Shown: positions 38,840 to 49,142, numbered from the stretch's first letter. The stretch is 64,000 nt of DNA from Erythrobacter sp. (GCF_011765465.1 NZ_CP050265.1:2642425-2706424); one strand, 5' to 3'. Translations and numbers: made by a program. The notes: generated from the letters alone by a model not told the origin.

Positions 38840-38994
38840 GGATCCTACGGTTTTCCGATCAAGAGAGCCCGAGGGGGCAGACTGTCCTGTCGCGCAAAGG
38901 AAGGCCCCATTGGGCGGGATCGGGGGCCAAGCACCTGAGCGAGCCGGACCTTTTCGCGCCCCCACCTTCCTAGCGCGCGGGGGTTCGCAAGGTC

Positions 38995-39561
38995 CTAACG
39001 CGGTTCGACCCAGCCGATCGATCCGTCGGAGCGGCGGTAAACCATATTATGCCTGCCCGTGCCAGCATTTTTGAAGAACAGCGCCGGCGTGTCGCGCAGA
39101 TCGAGCATCATGACCGCATCGGCGACCGTTCCGGTGGGAATATCGACCCGCGTTTCGGCGATGACGGGCGGGGCATCCGCCTCGACCTCCTCCTCGGCTT
39201 CGTCAGCCGGGGCGAAGATCGTGTAGGCGGCTTCTTCCTCGGCGCGGACCTGGCTTGCGCGTTCGTGGCGGTCGACAAGGCGGCGCTTGTAGCGGCGCAA
39301 CTGCTTTTCCATCCTGCCCGCCGCTTCGTCGAGCGCGACATGGGCATCGCCTGCGGAGCCCTGCGCCTTGAGGATGAGGCCCTGCGTCACGTGGGTGACG
39401 ATGTCGCAGGTGAAGCTGCCAGCCGGCGCCTTGCCGAAAGTGACATGGCTCGACAGGGCGCGTTCGAAATACTTGTCGACGATCGCGCCCAATCGTTCGG
39501 TCGCGTGTTCCTGCAGGGCGGCGCCGGTGTCGACCTGGTGGCCGGAAATTCGGATGTCCAT
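38995..39561 (-). CDS. hpf: Ribosome hibernation promoting factor (long HPF)
   Basis: MDIRISGHQVDTGAAL, EKQLRRYKRRL and VYRRSDGSIGWVEP motifs. Confidence 0.93.
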   Translation of the reverse strand: MDIRISGHQVDTGAALQEHATERLGAIVDKYFERALSSHVTFGKAPAGSFTCDIVTHVTQGLILKAQGSAGDAHVALDEAAGRMEKQLRRYKRRLVDRHERASQVRAEEEAAYTIFAPADEAEEEVEADAPPVIAETRVDIPTGTVADAVMMLDLRDTPALFFKNAGTGRHNMVYRRSDGSIGWVEPR

Positions 39562-39617
39562 GGGCCCAATCCTTTCCTTCTGGAGGTCCTCCTTGCTCGG
39601 AAAACGAAACGGCGGCT

Positions 39618-40334
39618 TCAGCGCGCCCAGATGGCGTTCTCTATCCCTGCGATGAATTCGCGGTGGCGTTCGAGTTCGGCGGCGCTGGGCGCATGGGGGC
39701 GCGGTTCGCGGCGCGGGCGGTCGCTCGCACGCGGCACGGAAGCGCCGGGCGCAAGGCCGCGCGCGAGCGTCGTCGTCGAAACCTCGGCGGCGAGTTCGAG
39801 CCCGATCTGCCGCCCGCCGGTCAATTCGACATAGACCTGCGCGAGCAGTTCGGCGTCGAGCAGCGCGCCATGCTTCACCCGGTGACTGCGATCGATGCCA
39901 TAGCGCGTGCACAGCGCGTCGAGCGAATTCTTCGCCCCCGGGTGCCGCTTGCGCGCGATGGCTACAGTATCGACCATCCGCTCCATGGCGATGGGTTCGC
40001 GCCCGATCAGCGCGAGTTCGGCATTGAGGAATCCGAAATCGAAGCCCGCGTTGTGCGCCACGAGCGGGCTGTCGCCCAGGAATTCGAGCAGTTCCTCGGC
40101 ATGGTCGCGGAACAATTTCTTGGTCGAAAGGAAGGCGGTCGACAGGCCGTGGACCCGCTCGGCTTCGACCGGCATATCGCGTTCGGGATTGAAATAGGCG
40201 TGATAGGTCGCGCCGGTAGGCACGCGCCCGATCATTTCCACGCAGCCGATCTCGACCATGCGATCACCGGTCGTGGGGTCGAGCCCGGTCGTTTCGGTGT
40301 CGAAGACGATTTCGCGCAAGGGTTCGGATTGCAT
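39618..40334 (-). CDS. dnaQ: DNA polymerase III epsilon subunit
   Basis: DTETTG, HNAGFD, HGALLDAELL and GGRQ motifs; start may instead be TTG 40319. Confidence 0.95.
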   Translation of the reverse strand: MQSEPLREIVFDTETTGLDPTTGDRMVEIGCVEMIGRVPTGATYHAYFNPERDMPVEAERVHGLSTAFLSTKKLFRDHAEELLEFLGDSPLVAHNAGFDFGFLNAELALIGREPIAMERMVDTVAIARKRHPGAKNSLDALCTRYGIDRSHRVKHGALLDAELLAQVYVELTGGRQIGLELAAEVSTTTLARGLAPGASVPRASDRPRREPRPHAPSAAELERHREFIAGIENAIWAR

Positions 40335-40394
40335 TTCCCGGTGTATCCACCCTAGCGCCGCGATGCGCAAGGGGCAGGCGGTTCGGGAACGGCG

Positions 40395-41012
40395 CTATCC
40401 CCGCGAAGCCTTCAGTTCGGCGATCAGCGCCTCGACCTGCGCGCGCGTTTCCGCAAGGGTGGTGCCGGTGTCGATAACGTGCGTCGCGCGGGCGCGTTTC
40501 TCGGCATCGGGAGTCTGCAGCTTCAGAATATCCTCGAACTTCTCCTCGGTCATGCCGGGCCGGGCAAGCACGCGTTCGCGCTGGACTTGCGGAGGAGCGG
40601 AGACGACGATCACCGCGTCGAAGGCGTTTTCCCCGCCGCGCTCGAACAGCAGGGGGATGTCGAACAGCACCATGTCTGCCTTGGCGTTGTCGGCGTGGAA
40701 CTGCGCGCGCTTGTTGCCGACAGCGGGGTGGACGATGGCCTCGAGCTTTTTCAGCTTCTCGCGGTCGCCGAACACCTGCGCGCCCAGCGCTTCGCGGATC
40801 ACGCCTTCGGGCCCGGTCGAGCCGGGGAAGGCTTCCTCGATCCGCGCCACCAGCTCGCCGCCCGGTCCCTGCATCGCGCGGACCTCGGCATCGGCGTCGA
40901 AGACGGGCACGCCCGCCTCCTCGAACATGGCGGCGACGGTCGACTTGCCCATGCCGATCGAGCCGGTGAGGCCGAGCATGAGCGGGGGGCGAGGAGGGGT
41001 GTCTGCAGTCAT
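40395..41012 (-). CDS. coaE: Dephospho-CoA kinase
   Basis: [19 protein letters not shown] and DIPLLFE motifs. Confidence 0.95.
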   Translation of the reverse strand: MTADTPPRPPLMLGLTGSIGMGKSTVAAMFEEAGVPVFDADAEVRAMQGPGGELVARIEEAFPGSTGPEGVIREALGAQVFGDREKLKKLEAIVHPAVGNKRAQFHADNAKADMVLFDIPLLFERGGENAFDAVIVVSAPPQVQRERVLARPGMTEEKFEDILKLQTPDAEKRARATHVIDTGTTLAETRAQVEALIAELKASRG

Positions 41013-41863
41013 TGGCGAAGGGATTCCATCAGGTCGTTGTCGGTGTCGCGCGGCGGGGGCTGGCCGAAGAACCGCTCGAAGGCGGCGGCCGCCTGACCGA
41101 CGAGCATCGAAAGGCCCGTGACGGTGGCGAATCCATGCTGGCGCGCGGCGGCGAGGAAGGGCGTCTCCACCGGGTCGGTGACGATGTCATAGGCGATCGA
41201 GCGCGGCGGGGCATGGCTCCAGTCGAAGGCGAGCGGCGGCTGGCCCCGCATTCCCAGCGGCGAAGCGTTGACGACGAGATCGAGGCAATGCTCGCGGTCG
41301 TCGAAGGCGAAATCGGTCGGTGTCGCGAAGTGGGCGAGGTCGATCGCGTGGTGTTCGCCGTCCGGCGCGAGTTCGTCCAGCAGCGCGCGCGCCTTGGCCG
41401 GGTCGCGTCCGGCGAGGACCAGCGTGAAGCCGTGCTCTGCCAGCGCCGCGACGATCGCCCGCGCCGCGCCGCCCGTGCCGAGAATGCGCGCCATGCGGAA
41501 GAGGTGCTGCGTGCCGAGCGCGGGAAGGAGCGGTTCGAGAAAGCCCGGCGCGTCGGTGTTCGCGCCGACCAGCGCATCGCCCTCGCGCGTGACCGTGTTG
41601 ACCGCGCCGATGGTGCGGGCAAGCGGCTCTATCCGGTCGAGCAGCGGGAGGATGTCCTGCTTCAGCGGCATGGTGACATTGCACCCGCGCCAGTCGGGGT
41701 CCGCCCGGCGGCAGGCGAGGTAATCGGCCAGCGTGTCCCGCGTTACGCGGGTGGCGCGGTAATCGGCGTCGAGGCCGAGCCGCTCGATCCAGTGCCCGTG
41801 GATCGCGGGGCTTTTCGACTGGGCGATGGGATCGCCTATGACTTCTGCATAAGGGCGGCTCAT
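41009..41863 (-). CDS. aroE: Shikimate dehydrogenase
   Basis: [27 protein letters not shown] and GTGGAARA motifs. Confidence 0.93.
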   Translation of the reverse strand: MSRPYAEVIGDPIAQSKSPAIHGHWIERLGLDADYRATRVTRDTLADYLACRRADPDWRGCNVTMPLKQDILPLLDRIEPLARTIGAVNTVTREGDALVGANTDAPGFLEPLLPALGTQHLFRMARILGTGGAARAIVAALAEHGFTLVLAGRDPAKARALLDELAPDGEHHAIDLAHFATPTDFAFDDREHCLDLVVNASPLGMRGQPPLAFDWSHAPPRSIAYDIVTDPVETPFLAAARQHGFATVTGLSMLVGQAAAAFERFFGQPPPRDTDNDLMESLRQ

Positions 41864-42468
41864 GCCTCGATCACCCCGAATTCGCGCAGCGCGCCGAGCA
41901 CCGGGAGCAGCGGCATCCCGAGAACGGTGAACTGGTCGCCCTCGATATGGTCGAACAGCTGGACCCCCATCGCCTCGATCCGGAAGGCGCCCGCGCAATA
42001 GCCGATTTCGGGCCATTCGGCGGCGAGGTAGGATTCGATGAAGCTGTCGGACAGGTCGCGCACGTGGAGTCGGGCGATGGCGGCATGGCTCCATTCGCAT
42101 CCGCCCCCTCGCACGATCGCCGCGCCTGAATGAAGCTCCATCACCTTGCCCGAGAAGAAGCACAGGTGATCGGCAGCGGCTTCGCGGCTTTCCGGCTTGT
42201 CGAAGCGTCGGCCGTCCACGACTACCAGCGAATCGCTCCCCAGCACCAGCGCGTCCGGGTGCGCGGGAGCGAGGGCGGCGGCCTTGGCGACGGCGAGCGC
42301 CTCGGCGATTTCGCCCGGCGCGGCGCCTTCCAATGAGGCTTCGACCGCGCGCTCGTCCACATCGGCGGGGATCGCCTCATAAGTCACGCCGGCGGCATCG
42401 AGCATCGCCCGGCGCGAGGCGGACTTGGACGCGAGGATCAGGCGGGCCTTAGGGAATCGGGCGATCAT
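41860..42468 (-). CDS. maf: Maf-family nucleotide pyrophosphatase
   Basis: LILASKSASRR, LGSD, KP and GMPLLP motifs. Confidence 0.92.
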   Translation of the reverse strand: MIARFPKARLILASKSASRRAMLDAAGVTYEAIPADVDERAVEASLEGAAPGEIAEALAVAKAAALAPAHPDALVLGSDSLVVVDGRRFDKPESREAAADHLCFFSGKVMELHSGAAIVRGGGCEWSHAAIARLHVRDLSDSFIESYLAAEWPEIGYCAGAFRIEAMGVQLFDHIEGDQFTVLGMPLLPVLGALREFGVIEA

Positions 42469-43310
42469 ATCGGCTTCGACACCCCGCCGATCTGCGGCGC
42501 GCGACGCGAGCGGTCCTGCACGAGCCGGATGATCGCCGCCGCGGTTTCCTCGATCGAGCGGCGAGTGACGTCGATCACCGGCCAGCCATTGTCCGCGAAC
42601 ATCCGCCGGGCGAATTGCAGCTCGTCCTTCACCCGGTCGTTGTCGACATAGCTCGTCTCGGTCGTCTCGTTCAGTGTCAGCAGGCGGTTGCGGCGGATCT
42701 GCACCAGCCGCTCGGGCGCGGTGGTCAGCCCGACGACGAGCGGGTGGCGCAGGCCGAACAGCGCTTTCGGCGGCGGACTCTCCACCACCAGCGGGATATT
42801 GGCGACCTTGTAGCCGCGATTGGCGAGATAGATGCTGGTCGGCGTTTTCGAGGTGCGCGACACGCCCGCGAGCACGATGTCGGCCTCCTCCCATTCCTCG
42901 TATCCCACCCCGTCATCGTGCGCGATGGTGTACTGGATCGCGTCGACCCGCTTGAAATAATGCTCGTCCATCGAGTGCTGGCGACCGGGGCGCCCGTGCG
43001 CCTCCTGCCCGAGCTGGCTTTCAAGCGCGGCGGTCACCTGGTCGAGAACGGCGACTGCGGGAAGCCCCAGGTGGCGGCAATGCTCCTCCAGCCGCTGGCG
43101 GCTCTCGGCATTGACGAGGGTGTAGAGCACCAGCCCCGGATTGGCGGCGAGTTCGGGCACGATCCGGTCGAGATGCTGGCGCGAGCGCACCATCGGCCAG
43201 AAATGCCGACTGACATGGGGATCGTCGAACTGGGCGAGCGCGGCCTTGGCGATCATCTCCAGCGTTTCGCCGGTCGAATCCGATACGAGGTGGAGGTTGA
43301 GTCGGTTCAT
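42465..43310 (-). CDS. Pyruvate,water/pyruvate,phosphate dikinase regulatory kinase-pyrophosphorylase (DUF299)
   Basis: HLVSDSTGET, HDDG, GVSRTSKTP and DVTRRSIEETA motifs. Confidence 0.93.
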   Translation of the reverse strand: MNRLNLHLVSDSTGETLEMIAKAALAQFDDPHVSRHFWPMVRSRQHLDRIVPELAANPGLVLYTLVNAESRQRLEEHCRHLGLPAVAVLDQVTAALESQLGQEAHGRPGRQHSMDEHYFKRVDAIQYTIAHDDGVGYEEWEEADIVLAGVSRTSKTPTSIYLANRGYKVANIPLVVESPPPKALFGLRHPLVVGLTTAPERLVQIRRNRLLTLNETTETSYVDNDRVKDELQFARRMFADNGWPVIDVTRRSIEETAAAIIRLVQDRSRRAPQIGGVSKPI

Positions 43311-43634
43311 CCCGTCCCTTGGCTTGGGGCCCTGTGGAAAGCAGGGGGCATAAACCACGGGAGCAATCGGCGGACAAGCGGGGCATGGATTTTCCTGCCC
43401 GCTGCGCGCGATTCCGCAATAGGGCTTGTCGACACGGGCGAAGCTTTTGCCACAGGCTGGGAAGAACGGGGATAAACTCGGCTTGACCGCGCGTGCGACG
43501 GGATTCGCGGCTCCACAAGCGGGCTGGCGTCGCTAAGGATAATCGGGCAAGGCCCGGTAATTCCCGCTTTCCACAGGGCCAACTCAAACCATCATTCCTT
43601 TTAAAATAGAATTGTCTTTGTTTAAGGGAGTCCC
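43311..43634. other. Predicted chromosomal replication origin (oriC)
   Basis: DUF299-hemE intergenic position (Caulobacter Cori synteny); near-consensus DnaA boxes at 43333, 43446 and 43567; AT-rich tract at about 43591-43625; three GANTC sites. Confidence 0.7.
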
Positions 43635-44651
43635 ATGCCCGGTCCGTTGCTCGACACTCTCAAAGGTTCCCGCCAGCCCGTGCCGCCGGTCTGGCTCATG
43701 CGCCAGGCGGGGCGCTACCTGCCGGAATACCGCGAATTGCGCGCCGAAAAGGGCGGTTTCCTCGAACTCGTCTATGACAGCGAGGCCGCGGCCGAGGTCA
43801 CGGTCCAGCCGATCCGGCGCTTCGGCTTCGACGGGGCGATCCTGTTCTCCGACATCCTGATCGTGCCGCACGCGATGGGGCAGGGGCTCGAATTCCTTGC
43901 CGGCGAAGGGCCGAAGCTGTCGCCGACCCTGCTCGAGGTGGAACTCGACAGCTTCACGGCCAATCACGAGCGGTTCGAGCCGGTTTACGAGACCGTGCGG
44001 CGGACGCGGGCGATGATCGATGAAAGCGTCACAATGCTCGGCTTTGCAGGCTCGCCCTGGACCGTCGCGACCTACATGATCGCGGGCGAGGGGTCGAAGG
44101 ACCAGGGCCCGGCGCGCCTGCTTGCCTACAAGGATCCCGCGCGCCTGCAGGCGATCATCGATCGGATCGTCGCCACCAGCGTCGAATACCTGCGCGGCCA
44201 GATCGATGCAGGCGCGGAAGCGGTGCAATTGTTCGACAGCTGGGCGGGCAGCCTCGCCCCGGACGAATTCGAACGCTGGGTGATCGCGCCCAATGCGGCG
44301 ATCACGGCGGAACTGAAGGCTTCGCATCCCGACACGCCGGTGATCGGCTTTCCCAAGGGCGCGGGCGCGAAACTGCCGGCCTATGCCCGCGAGACGGGGG
44401 TCGACGCGATCGGGATGGACGAAACGCTCGATCCCGCATGGGTCCACGCGAGCCTTCCCGCCGGGATGCCGGTGCAGGGCAATCTCGACCCGCTGCTGGT
44501 CGAGGCGGGCGGGCCGGCGCTGCCCAAGCGCGTGCGCGCCATCGTCGAGGCGTTCGGCGACCGCCCGCACGTCTTCAATCTCGGCCACGGGATCGGCCAG
44601 CACACGCCGATTCCCCATGTCGAGGAACTGCTGGCGGCGCTGAGGGGATAG
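43635..44651 (+). CDS. hemE: Uroporphyrinogen decarboxylase
   Basis: WLMRQAGRYLPEY, ILFSDIL, QLFDSW and FNLGHG motifs. Confidence 0.97.
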   Translation: MPGPLLDTLKGSRQPVPPVWLMRQAGRYLPEYRELRAEKGGFLELVYDSEAAAEVTVQPIRRFGFDGAILFSDILIVPHAMGQGLEFLAGEGPKLSPTLLEVELDSFTANHERFEPVYETVRRTRAMIDESVTMLGFAGSPWTVATYMIAGEGSKDQGPARLLAYKDPARLQAIIDRIVATSVEYLRGQIDAGAEAVQLFDSWAGSLAPDEFERWVIAPNAAITAELKASHPDTPVIGFPKGAGAKLPAYARETGVDAIGMDETLDPAWVHASLPAGMPVQGNLDPLLVEAGGPALPKRVRAIVEAFGDRPHVFNLGHGIGQHTPIPHVEELLAALRG

Positions 44652-44654
44652 GCG

Positions 44655-45107
44655 ATGCGCGAGGCGATCCTGACGATCTACCCGTGGCTGGTTTCGGGCC
44701 ACGTCATCTTCATGACCTTCTGGCTCGCCGGGCTGTTCATGCTGCCGCGCCAGTGCATCTATATGCTCGACGCCGCCCCCGGCTCGGCCGAGGAAGCGCA
44801 ATGGGCGCGCCGGATGGGCCTGCTGCGGAAGATCATCCTCACTCCCAGCCTCATCATCGTCTGGGTGCTCGGCCTGACGCAAGCCTGGGCTATGGGCTAT
44901 TTCAGCGAAGGCTGGCTCCACATCAAGATCACGCTGGTCGTGCTCCTGTCGGGCTATCACGGCTGGCTGGTGGCCAAGACGAAGGCGATGGCGCGGGGCG
45001 AACGGCCGCTTACCGAAAGCCGCCTGCGCATGATCGGTGAAATCCCCGGCGTGCTGCTCATCCTCATCGTGGTGACGGTCTACGTCGTGCGCAGCCTGCT
45101 CGTCTGA
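44655..45107 (+). CDS. hemJ: Protoporphyrinogen oxidase HemJ (CopD/UPF0093 family)
   Basis: HVIF..FW.AGLF.LPR, WLHIK, RMIGEIP; adjacent to hemE. Confidence 0.85.
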   Translation: MREAILTIYPWLVSGHVIFMTFWLAGLFMLPRQCIYMLDAAPGSAEEAQWARRMGLLRKIILTPSLIIVWVLGLTQAWAMGYFSEGWLHIKITLVVLLSGYHGWLVAKTKAMARGERPLTESRLRMIGEIPGVLLILIVVTVYVVRSLLV

Positions 45108-45367
45108 GCGGTTCGGCGCGGCGCGGGCAGGGCCGGGCGCATTTTCGCCCGTCTGCGTGAAAAGCCCGATTGATTTTGGCGAGCGGGCTACTTATTCCGC
45201 ACATCACCAACCCGGTGGCCGGATTTCCCCGGCCCGAGTCTGCTTTCTCCAAGCCCAGCCCTGAGCCGAACGTCGCGTCGCCGGGGCGCCTCTCCTCGCA
45301 GAGGTACTGACCTGCCGGCCTACCCAATCGCTCTGCGTTGCAGGGCCCATCTTTCGGAAAATTTCCA

Positions 45368-46633
45368 ATGCATCTCAAGGATTTGAAAAAGAAAGCGCCG
45401 GCCGAACTGGTCGCCATGGCCGAAGAGCTGGGGGTCGAGGGCGCCTCGACCATGCGGCGGCAGGACCTGCTGTTCTCGATCCTGCGCGAACTCGCCGAGG
45501 ACGAGGAATACGACGAGAAGATCATGGGCATCGGCACGATCGAGGTGCTGCAGGACGGCTTCGGCTTCCTGCGCTCGCCCGAGGCCAACTATCTCGCCGG
45601 GCCCGACGACATCTATGTTTCGCCCAACCAGATCCGCAAATGGGGCCTGCGCACCGGCGACACGGTCGAAGGCGAAATCCGCGCGCCCAGGGACGGGGAA
45701 CGCTATTTCGCGCTGACCCAGCTTTACAAGGTCAATTTCGACGATCCCGAAGCGGTGCGGCTGCGGACCAATTTCGACAACCTCACGCCGCTCTATCCGG
45801 ACAAGAAGCTCAACCTCGACCAGGTCGACCCGACGGTGAAGGACAAGTCCGCGCGCGTGATCGACATCATCGCGCCGCAGGGCAAGGGCCAGCGCGCGCT
45901 GATCGTCGCCCCGCCGCGCACGGGTAAGACGGTGCTGCTGCAGAACATCGCCAAGGCGATCACCGACAACCACCCCGAGGTCTTCCTGCTCGTCCTGCTG
46001 GTCGACGAACGGCCCGAGGAAGTCACCGACATGCAGCGTAGCGTGAACGGCGAGGTGATCTCCTCGACCTTCGACGAGCCGGCCAATCGCCACGTGCAAG
46101 TCGCTGAAATGGTTATCGAAAAGGCAAAACGCCTGGTCGAGCACAAGCACGACGTGGTGATCCTGCTCGATTCGATCACGCGCCTCGGCCGCGCCTACAA
46201 CACCGTGGTTCCATCCTCGGGCAAGGTGCTGACCGGCGGTGTCGACGCGAACGCGCTGCAGCGGCCCAAGCGGTTCTTCGGCGCGGCCCGCAACATCGAG
46301 GAAGGCGGCTCGCTCTCCATCATCGCCACCGCGCTGATCGACACCGGCAGCCGCATGGACGAGGTCATCTTCGAAGAGTTCAAGGGGACCGGCAACTCGG
46401 AAATCGTGCTCGACCGCAAGGTGTCGGACAAGCGCATCTTCCCCGCGCTCGACGTCGGCAAGTCGGGGACGCGCAAGGAAGAGCTGCTGGTCGAAAAGGA
46501 CCGCCTGTCCAAGATGTGGGTGCTGCGGCGCATCCTGATGCAGATGGGGACCGTAGATGCCATGGAATTCCTTCTCGACAAGATGAAGGATTCCAAGACC
46601 AACGAGGATTTCTTCGACACGATGAACCAGTAA
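45368..46633 (+). CDS. rho: Transcription termination factor Rho
   Basis: [32 protein letters not shown] and FEEFKGTGN motifs. Confidence 0.98.
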   Translation: MHLKDLKKKAPAELVAMAEELGVEGASTMRRQDLLFSILRELAEDEEYDEKIMGIGTIEVLQDGFGFLRSPEANYLAGPDDIYVSPNQIRKWGLRTGDTVEGEIRAPRDGERYFALTQLYKVNFDDPEAVRLRTNFDNLTPLYPDKKLNLDQVDPTVKDKSARVIDIIAPQGKGQRALIVAPPRTGKTVLLQNIAKAITDNHPEVFLLVLLVDERPEEVTDMQRSVNGEVISSTFDEPANRHVQVAEMVIEKAKRLVEHKHDVVILLDSITRLGRAYNTVVPSSGKVLTGGVDANALQRPKRFFGAARNIEEGGSLSIIATALIDTGSRMDEVIFEEFKGTGNSEIVLDRKVSDKRIFPALDVGKSGTRKEELLVEKDRLSKMWVLRRILMQMGTVDAMEFLLDKMKDSKTNEDFFDTMNQ

Positions 46634-46670
46634 GGGTTCGCGTGTCTGGGGGCAGGGGCCGGACGGGACG

Positions 46671-47063
46671 ATGCTCAGCCAGTATCTTTACATCAGCACC
46701 GCGCCCAACCTGTCGCGCGAAGAGGTCGATTCGATCCTCGAGGCGAGTGCGCGCAACAATCCCGAGCGCGGGATCACCGGCCTGCTGCTCTACAACGGGC
46801 GCAATTTCCTCCAGCTGCTCGAAGGCGAGGAATCGGCGCTGGTCGCGCTGATGGTGCGGATCGGCAACGACCCGCGCCACACCGGTGTTTCGACCCTCGA
46901 CCGGCGCAAGATCGAACAGCGCGCCTGCCCCGGCTGGGCGATGAAGCGGGTGATCATCGCGGAAAAGGTCGCAATCCGGCGCGAACAGCTCGAACGCGAC
47001 CTGCCCGAAGGTCTGAGCGAGGAAACGCGCCGCATCATCCTCAACTTCGCCACGCTGAACTAG
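46671..47063 (+). CDS. BLUF-domain blue-light photoreceptor (short, stand-alone)
   Basis: YIS, ARNN..GITGLL, FLQLLEG, DPRH and W.M motifs. Confidence 0.92.
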   Translation: MLSQYLYISTAPNLSREEVDSILEASARNNPERGITGLLLYNGRNFLQLLEGEESALVALMVRIGNDPRHTGVSTLDRRKIEQRACPGWAMKRVIIAEKVAIRREQLERDLPEGLSEETRRIILNFATLN

Positions 47064-47144
47064 GCTAGGGGATTTCCCTTAGTCCGGGTGAAGCGGTCGC
47101 TTCGCCTGTTTCTCGCATACACTTTTCGCCGTGAGGAGGCGGGT

Positions 47145-47588
47145 ATGCGCGAGATCATCTACCAGAGCGTGGCGAGCGAGGCTCTCGGCCCCGACGACGT
47201 GTTCCGGATCGTCTATTGCGCGAAGAGGTCGAACGAGACGGTCGGGCTGTCGGGATTCCTGATCTATTCCTCGGGGTGCTTCCTGCAATTGCTCGAAGGC
47301 CCGCATCTGGAATTGCGCAGGACTTTCGGCGCGATCTGCAGGGACCGGCGGCATCGCGACGTTCGGGTGCTGAGCGACCGCCCGATTGTGACGCGGCTGT
47401 TTCCCGACTGGCATATGCGCCGCATCGAGCAATGGGACGAAACACGCGCGCGGCGCTTCCTCGCCGAAAAGCTGGGCGAGCGGATGCCGATCTCGATCGA
47501 GCGGGCGCTGCGTGAATTCTACGGTTCGCTCGACCGCAGCGTGAAGGAGCTGGCGGCGCTGGATGAAACCGCCGTGCGCAGCGGTTAG
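47145..47588 (+). CDS. Second BLUF-domain protein with C-terminal helical extension
   Basis: GAGGAGG RBS; IYQS, FLQLLEG, D.RH and FPDWHM motifs. Confidence 0.88.
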   Translation: MREIIYQSVASEALGPDDVFRIVYCAKRSNETVGLSGFLIYSSGCFLQLLEGPHLELRRTFGAICRDRRHRDVRVLSDRPIVTRLFPDWHMRRIEQWDETRARRFLAEKLGERMPISIERALREFYGSLDRSVKELAALDETAVRSG

Positions 47589-47989
47589 CCGCGCGCCTCC
47601 TCCAGCTGGCGTGCCATCATTTCCCAAACCTTGTTGATCGCTTTCAAGGGCCGCACCATGACCTTGAAATCAGTGATTCTCCCGTCCTCGCCGAAGCGGA
47701 TGATATCGACCCCGTTGACCGTGATCCCGTCCATCTCGGCGACGAATTCGAGCATCATCTCGTTCCCGTCGACAAGCTCGCGGACATAGCGGAAGCTGCC
47801 GTTACCGAACACGTCCGCCGCGGCGGTCAGATAGGCCATGACGAGCGCCTTGCCCGCCTGCGGGGTGTGGACGACGGGCGAATGGAACACCGCGTCGTCC
47901 GCCAGCATCTCCGAGAGCACCGCCGGATCGCTGCCGCCTTCCATGTAGGCGTGCCAGCGGGCGAGGTTTTCCCGCCCCGCCGCGCTCAC
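47585..47989 (-). CDS. NTF2/SnoaL-like protein
   Basis: LADDAVFHSPVVHTPQAG, NGVD.I and VMVRPLKA; GTGA overlap with the upstream gene. Confidence 0.85.
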   Translation of the reverse strand: MSAAGRENLARWHAYMEGGSDPAVLSEMLADDAVFHSPVVHTPQAGKALVMAYLTAAADVFGNGSFRYVRELVDGNEMMLEFVAEMDGITVNGVDIIRFGEDGRITDFKVMVRPLKAINKVWEMMARQLEEARG

Positions 47990-48684
47990 CCGAGATGCTC
48001 CGCGAAGAAGGCCGAGGTGCGCCCGTCGGCGATCCCCGCGGCTTCCTCGTCGCGGCGCTTGCCGATCTCGGTGGCGAAGCCGTGGTCGAGCCCCTCGTAA
48101 TCGTGGAGCGTGACCTTGGGATGGTCGTCGAGCCCTTCGTGCATGGCCTTTTGCGTGGCCTTGTCGACGAAGCCGTCCTCGGTCGGGATGTGCAGCATCA
48201 GCGGATTCGCAATGGCGTGCTTTTCGCCCAGCAGGCCGTCGATCCCGACTCCGTAATAGCCGACGCTTGCATCGATATCGGTGCGCGCCGCGGTCATGTA
48301 GGCGAGCCGCCCGCCGAGGCAGTATCCGACGCAGCCGACCTTGGCGACGCCTTCCTTGTCGCGGACGAAGTGGATCGTCGCCTCGATGTCCTTGATTCCC
48401 TGATCCTGGTCGAACTTGCCCATGAGATCGAGCGCGCGGTTGAATTCCGCCTCGACATCGGGGTCGAGTTCGACGCCGGGCTCGATCCGCCAGAACAGGT
48501 CGGGCGCGATGGCGAGATAGCCCTCGGCAGCGAGCTTGTCGCATTTCTGCCGGATCCCGGTGTTCACCCCGAAGATTTCCTGGATGACGATGATCGCCGC
48601 GCGCGGCGCCTGGGTGGGGCGGGCGACATAGGCATTGAAGCTTGCATCGCCGTCGAGGGTGGGAATGCTCACGGTCTCGGTCAT
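47986..48684 (-). CDS. Dienelactone hydrolase family protein
   Basis: QEIFGVN, GYCLGG nucleophile and HGFA motifs. Confidence 0.93.
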   Translation of the reverse strand: MTETVSIPTLDGDASFNAYVARPTQAPRAAIIVIQEIFGVNTGIRQKCDKLAAEGYLAIAPDLFWRIEPGVELDPDVEAEFNRALDLMGKFDQDQGIKDIEATIHFVRDKEGVAKVGCVGYCLGGRLAYMTAARTDIDASVGYYGVGIDGLLGEKHAIANPLMLHIPTEDGFVDKATQKAMHEGLDDHPKVTLHDYEGLDHGFATEIGKRRDEEAAGIADGRTSAFFAEHLG

Positions 48685-48738
48685 CGCTGGCTCTCTCCTT
48701 CGATTGGTCACGCCCCTTCAAACAGGGTGCGGCGCATC

Positions 48739-48754
48739 GGTTCCACGTGAAACG
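48739..48754. promoter_or_regulatory. parS site (intergenic)
   Basis: GGTTCCACGTGAAACG versus consensus TGTTTCACGTGAAACA. Confidence 0.8.
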
Positions 48755-48841
48755 CGCCATATCCATTGCGCTTGGGCCTTGGCAAACCCAAATGGAATAA
48801 GCCCAAATAGAATAAGACCGGCCCGACGGGAGGAAGCCGCT

Positions 48842-49120
48842 ATGAAGATCAATATCGAAATCGACTGCACGCCCGAGGAAGCGCGGACCTTCATGGGCCT
48901 GCCCGACGTCACCCCCGCGAATTCGATCTATGTCGAGAATCTCGCCAAGGCGATGAAGGGTGTGAGCAATCCCGACCAGCTGCAGGAATATGCCGAACGC
49001 CTCGCCCCGATGGGGCAGATGGGGCTGAAGCTGTTCCAGAGCTTCGTCGAAAGCGGGATGGGGCAGGCGGGCGGCGCGCGGCGCGGGCCGGGCTCCGAGA
49101 AAGACAAACCCACCGACTGA
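48842..49120 (+). CDS. Small conserved protein (DUF6489-like)
   Basis: MKINIEIDCTPEEARTFMGLPDV; GAGGA RBS. Confidence 0.8.
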   Translation: MKINIEIDCTPEEARTFMGLPDVTPANSIYVENLAKAMKGVSNPDQLQEYAERLAPMGQMGLKLFQSFVESGMGQAGGARRGPGSEKDKPTD

Positions 49121-49142
49121 CGCGCGGTTCGGGCGTCTCTTC

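Noticed and set aside
38995-43358. N-terminally extended ORF-track calls (hpf 305 aa, aroE 384 aa, maf 344 aa; likewise parB 383 aa and the 845-aa ORF at 47585-50122)
   Set aside because: Extensions overlap upstream genes in other frames and lack family motifs; starts were trimmed to the conserved N-termini.
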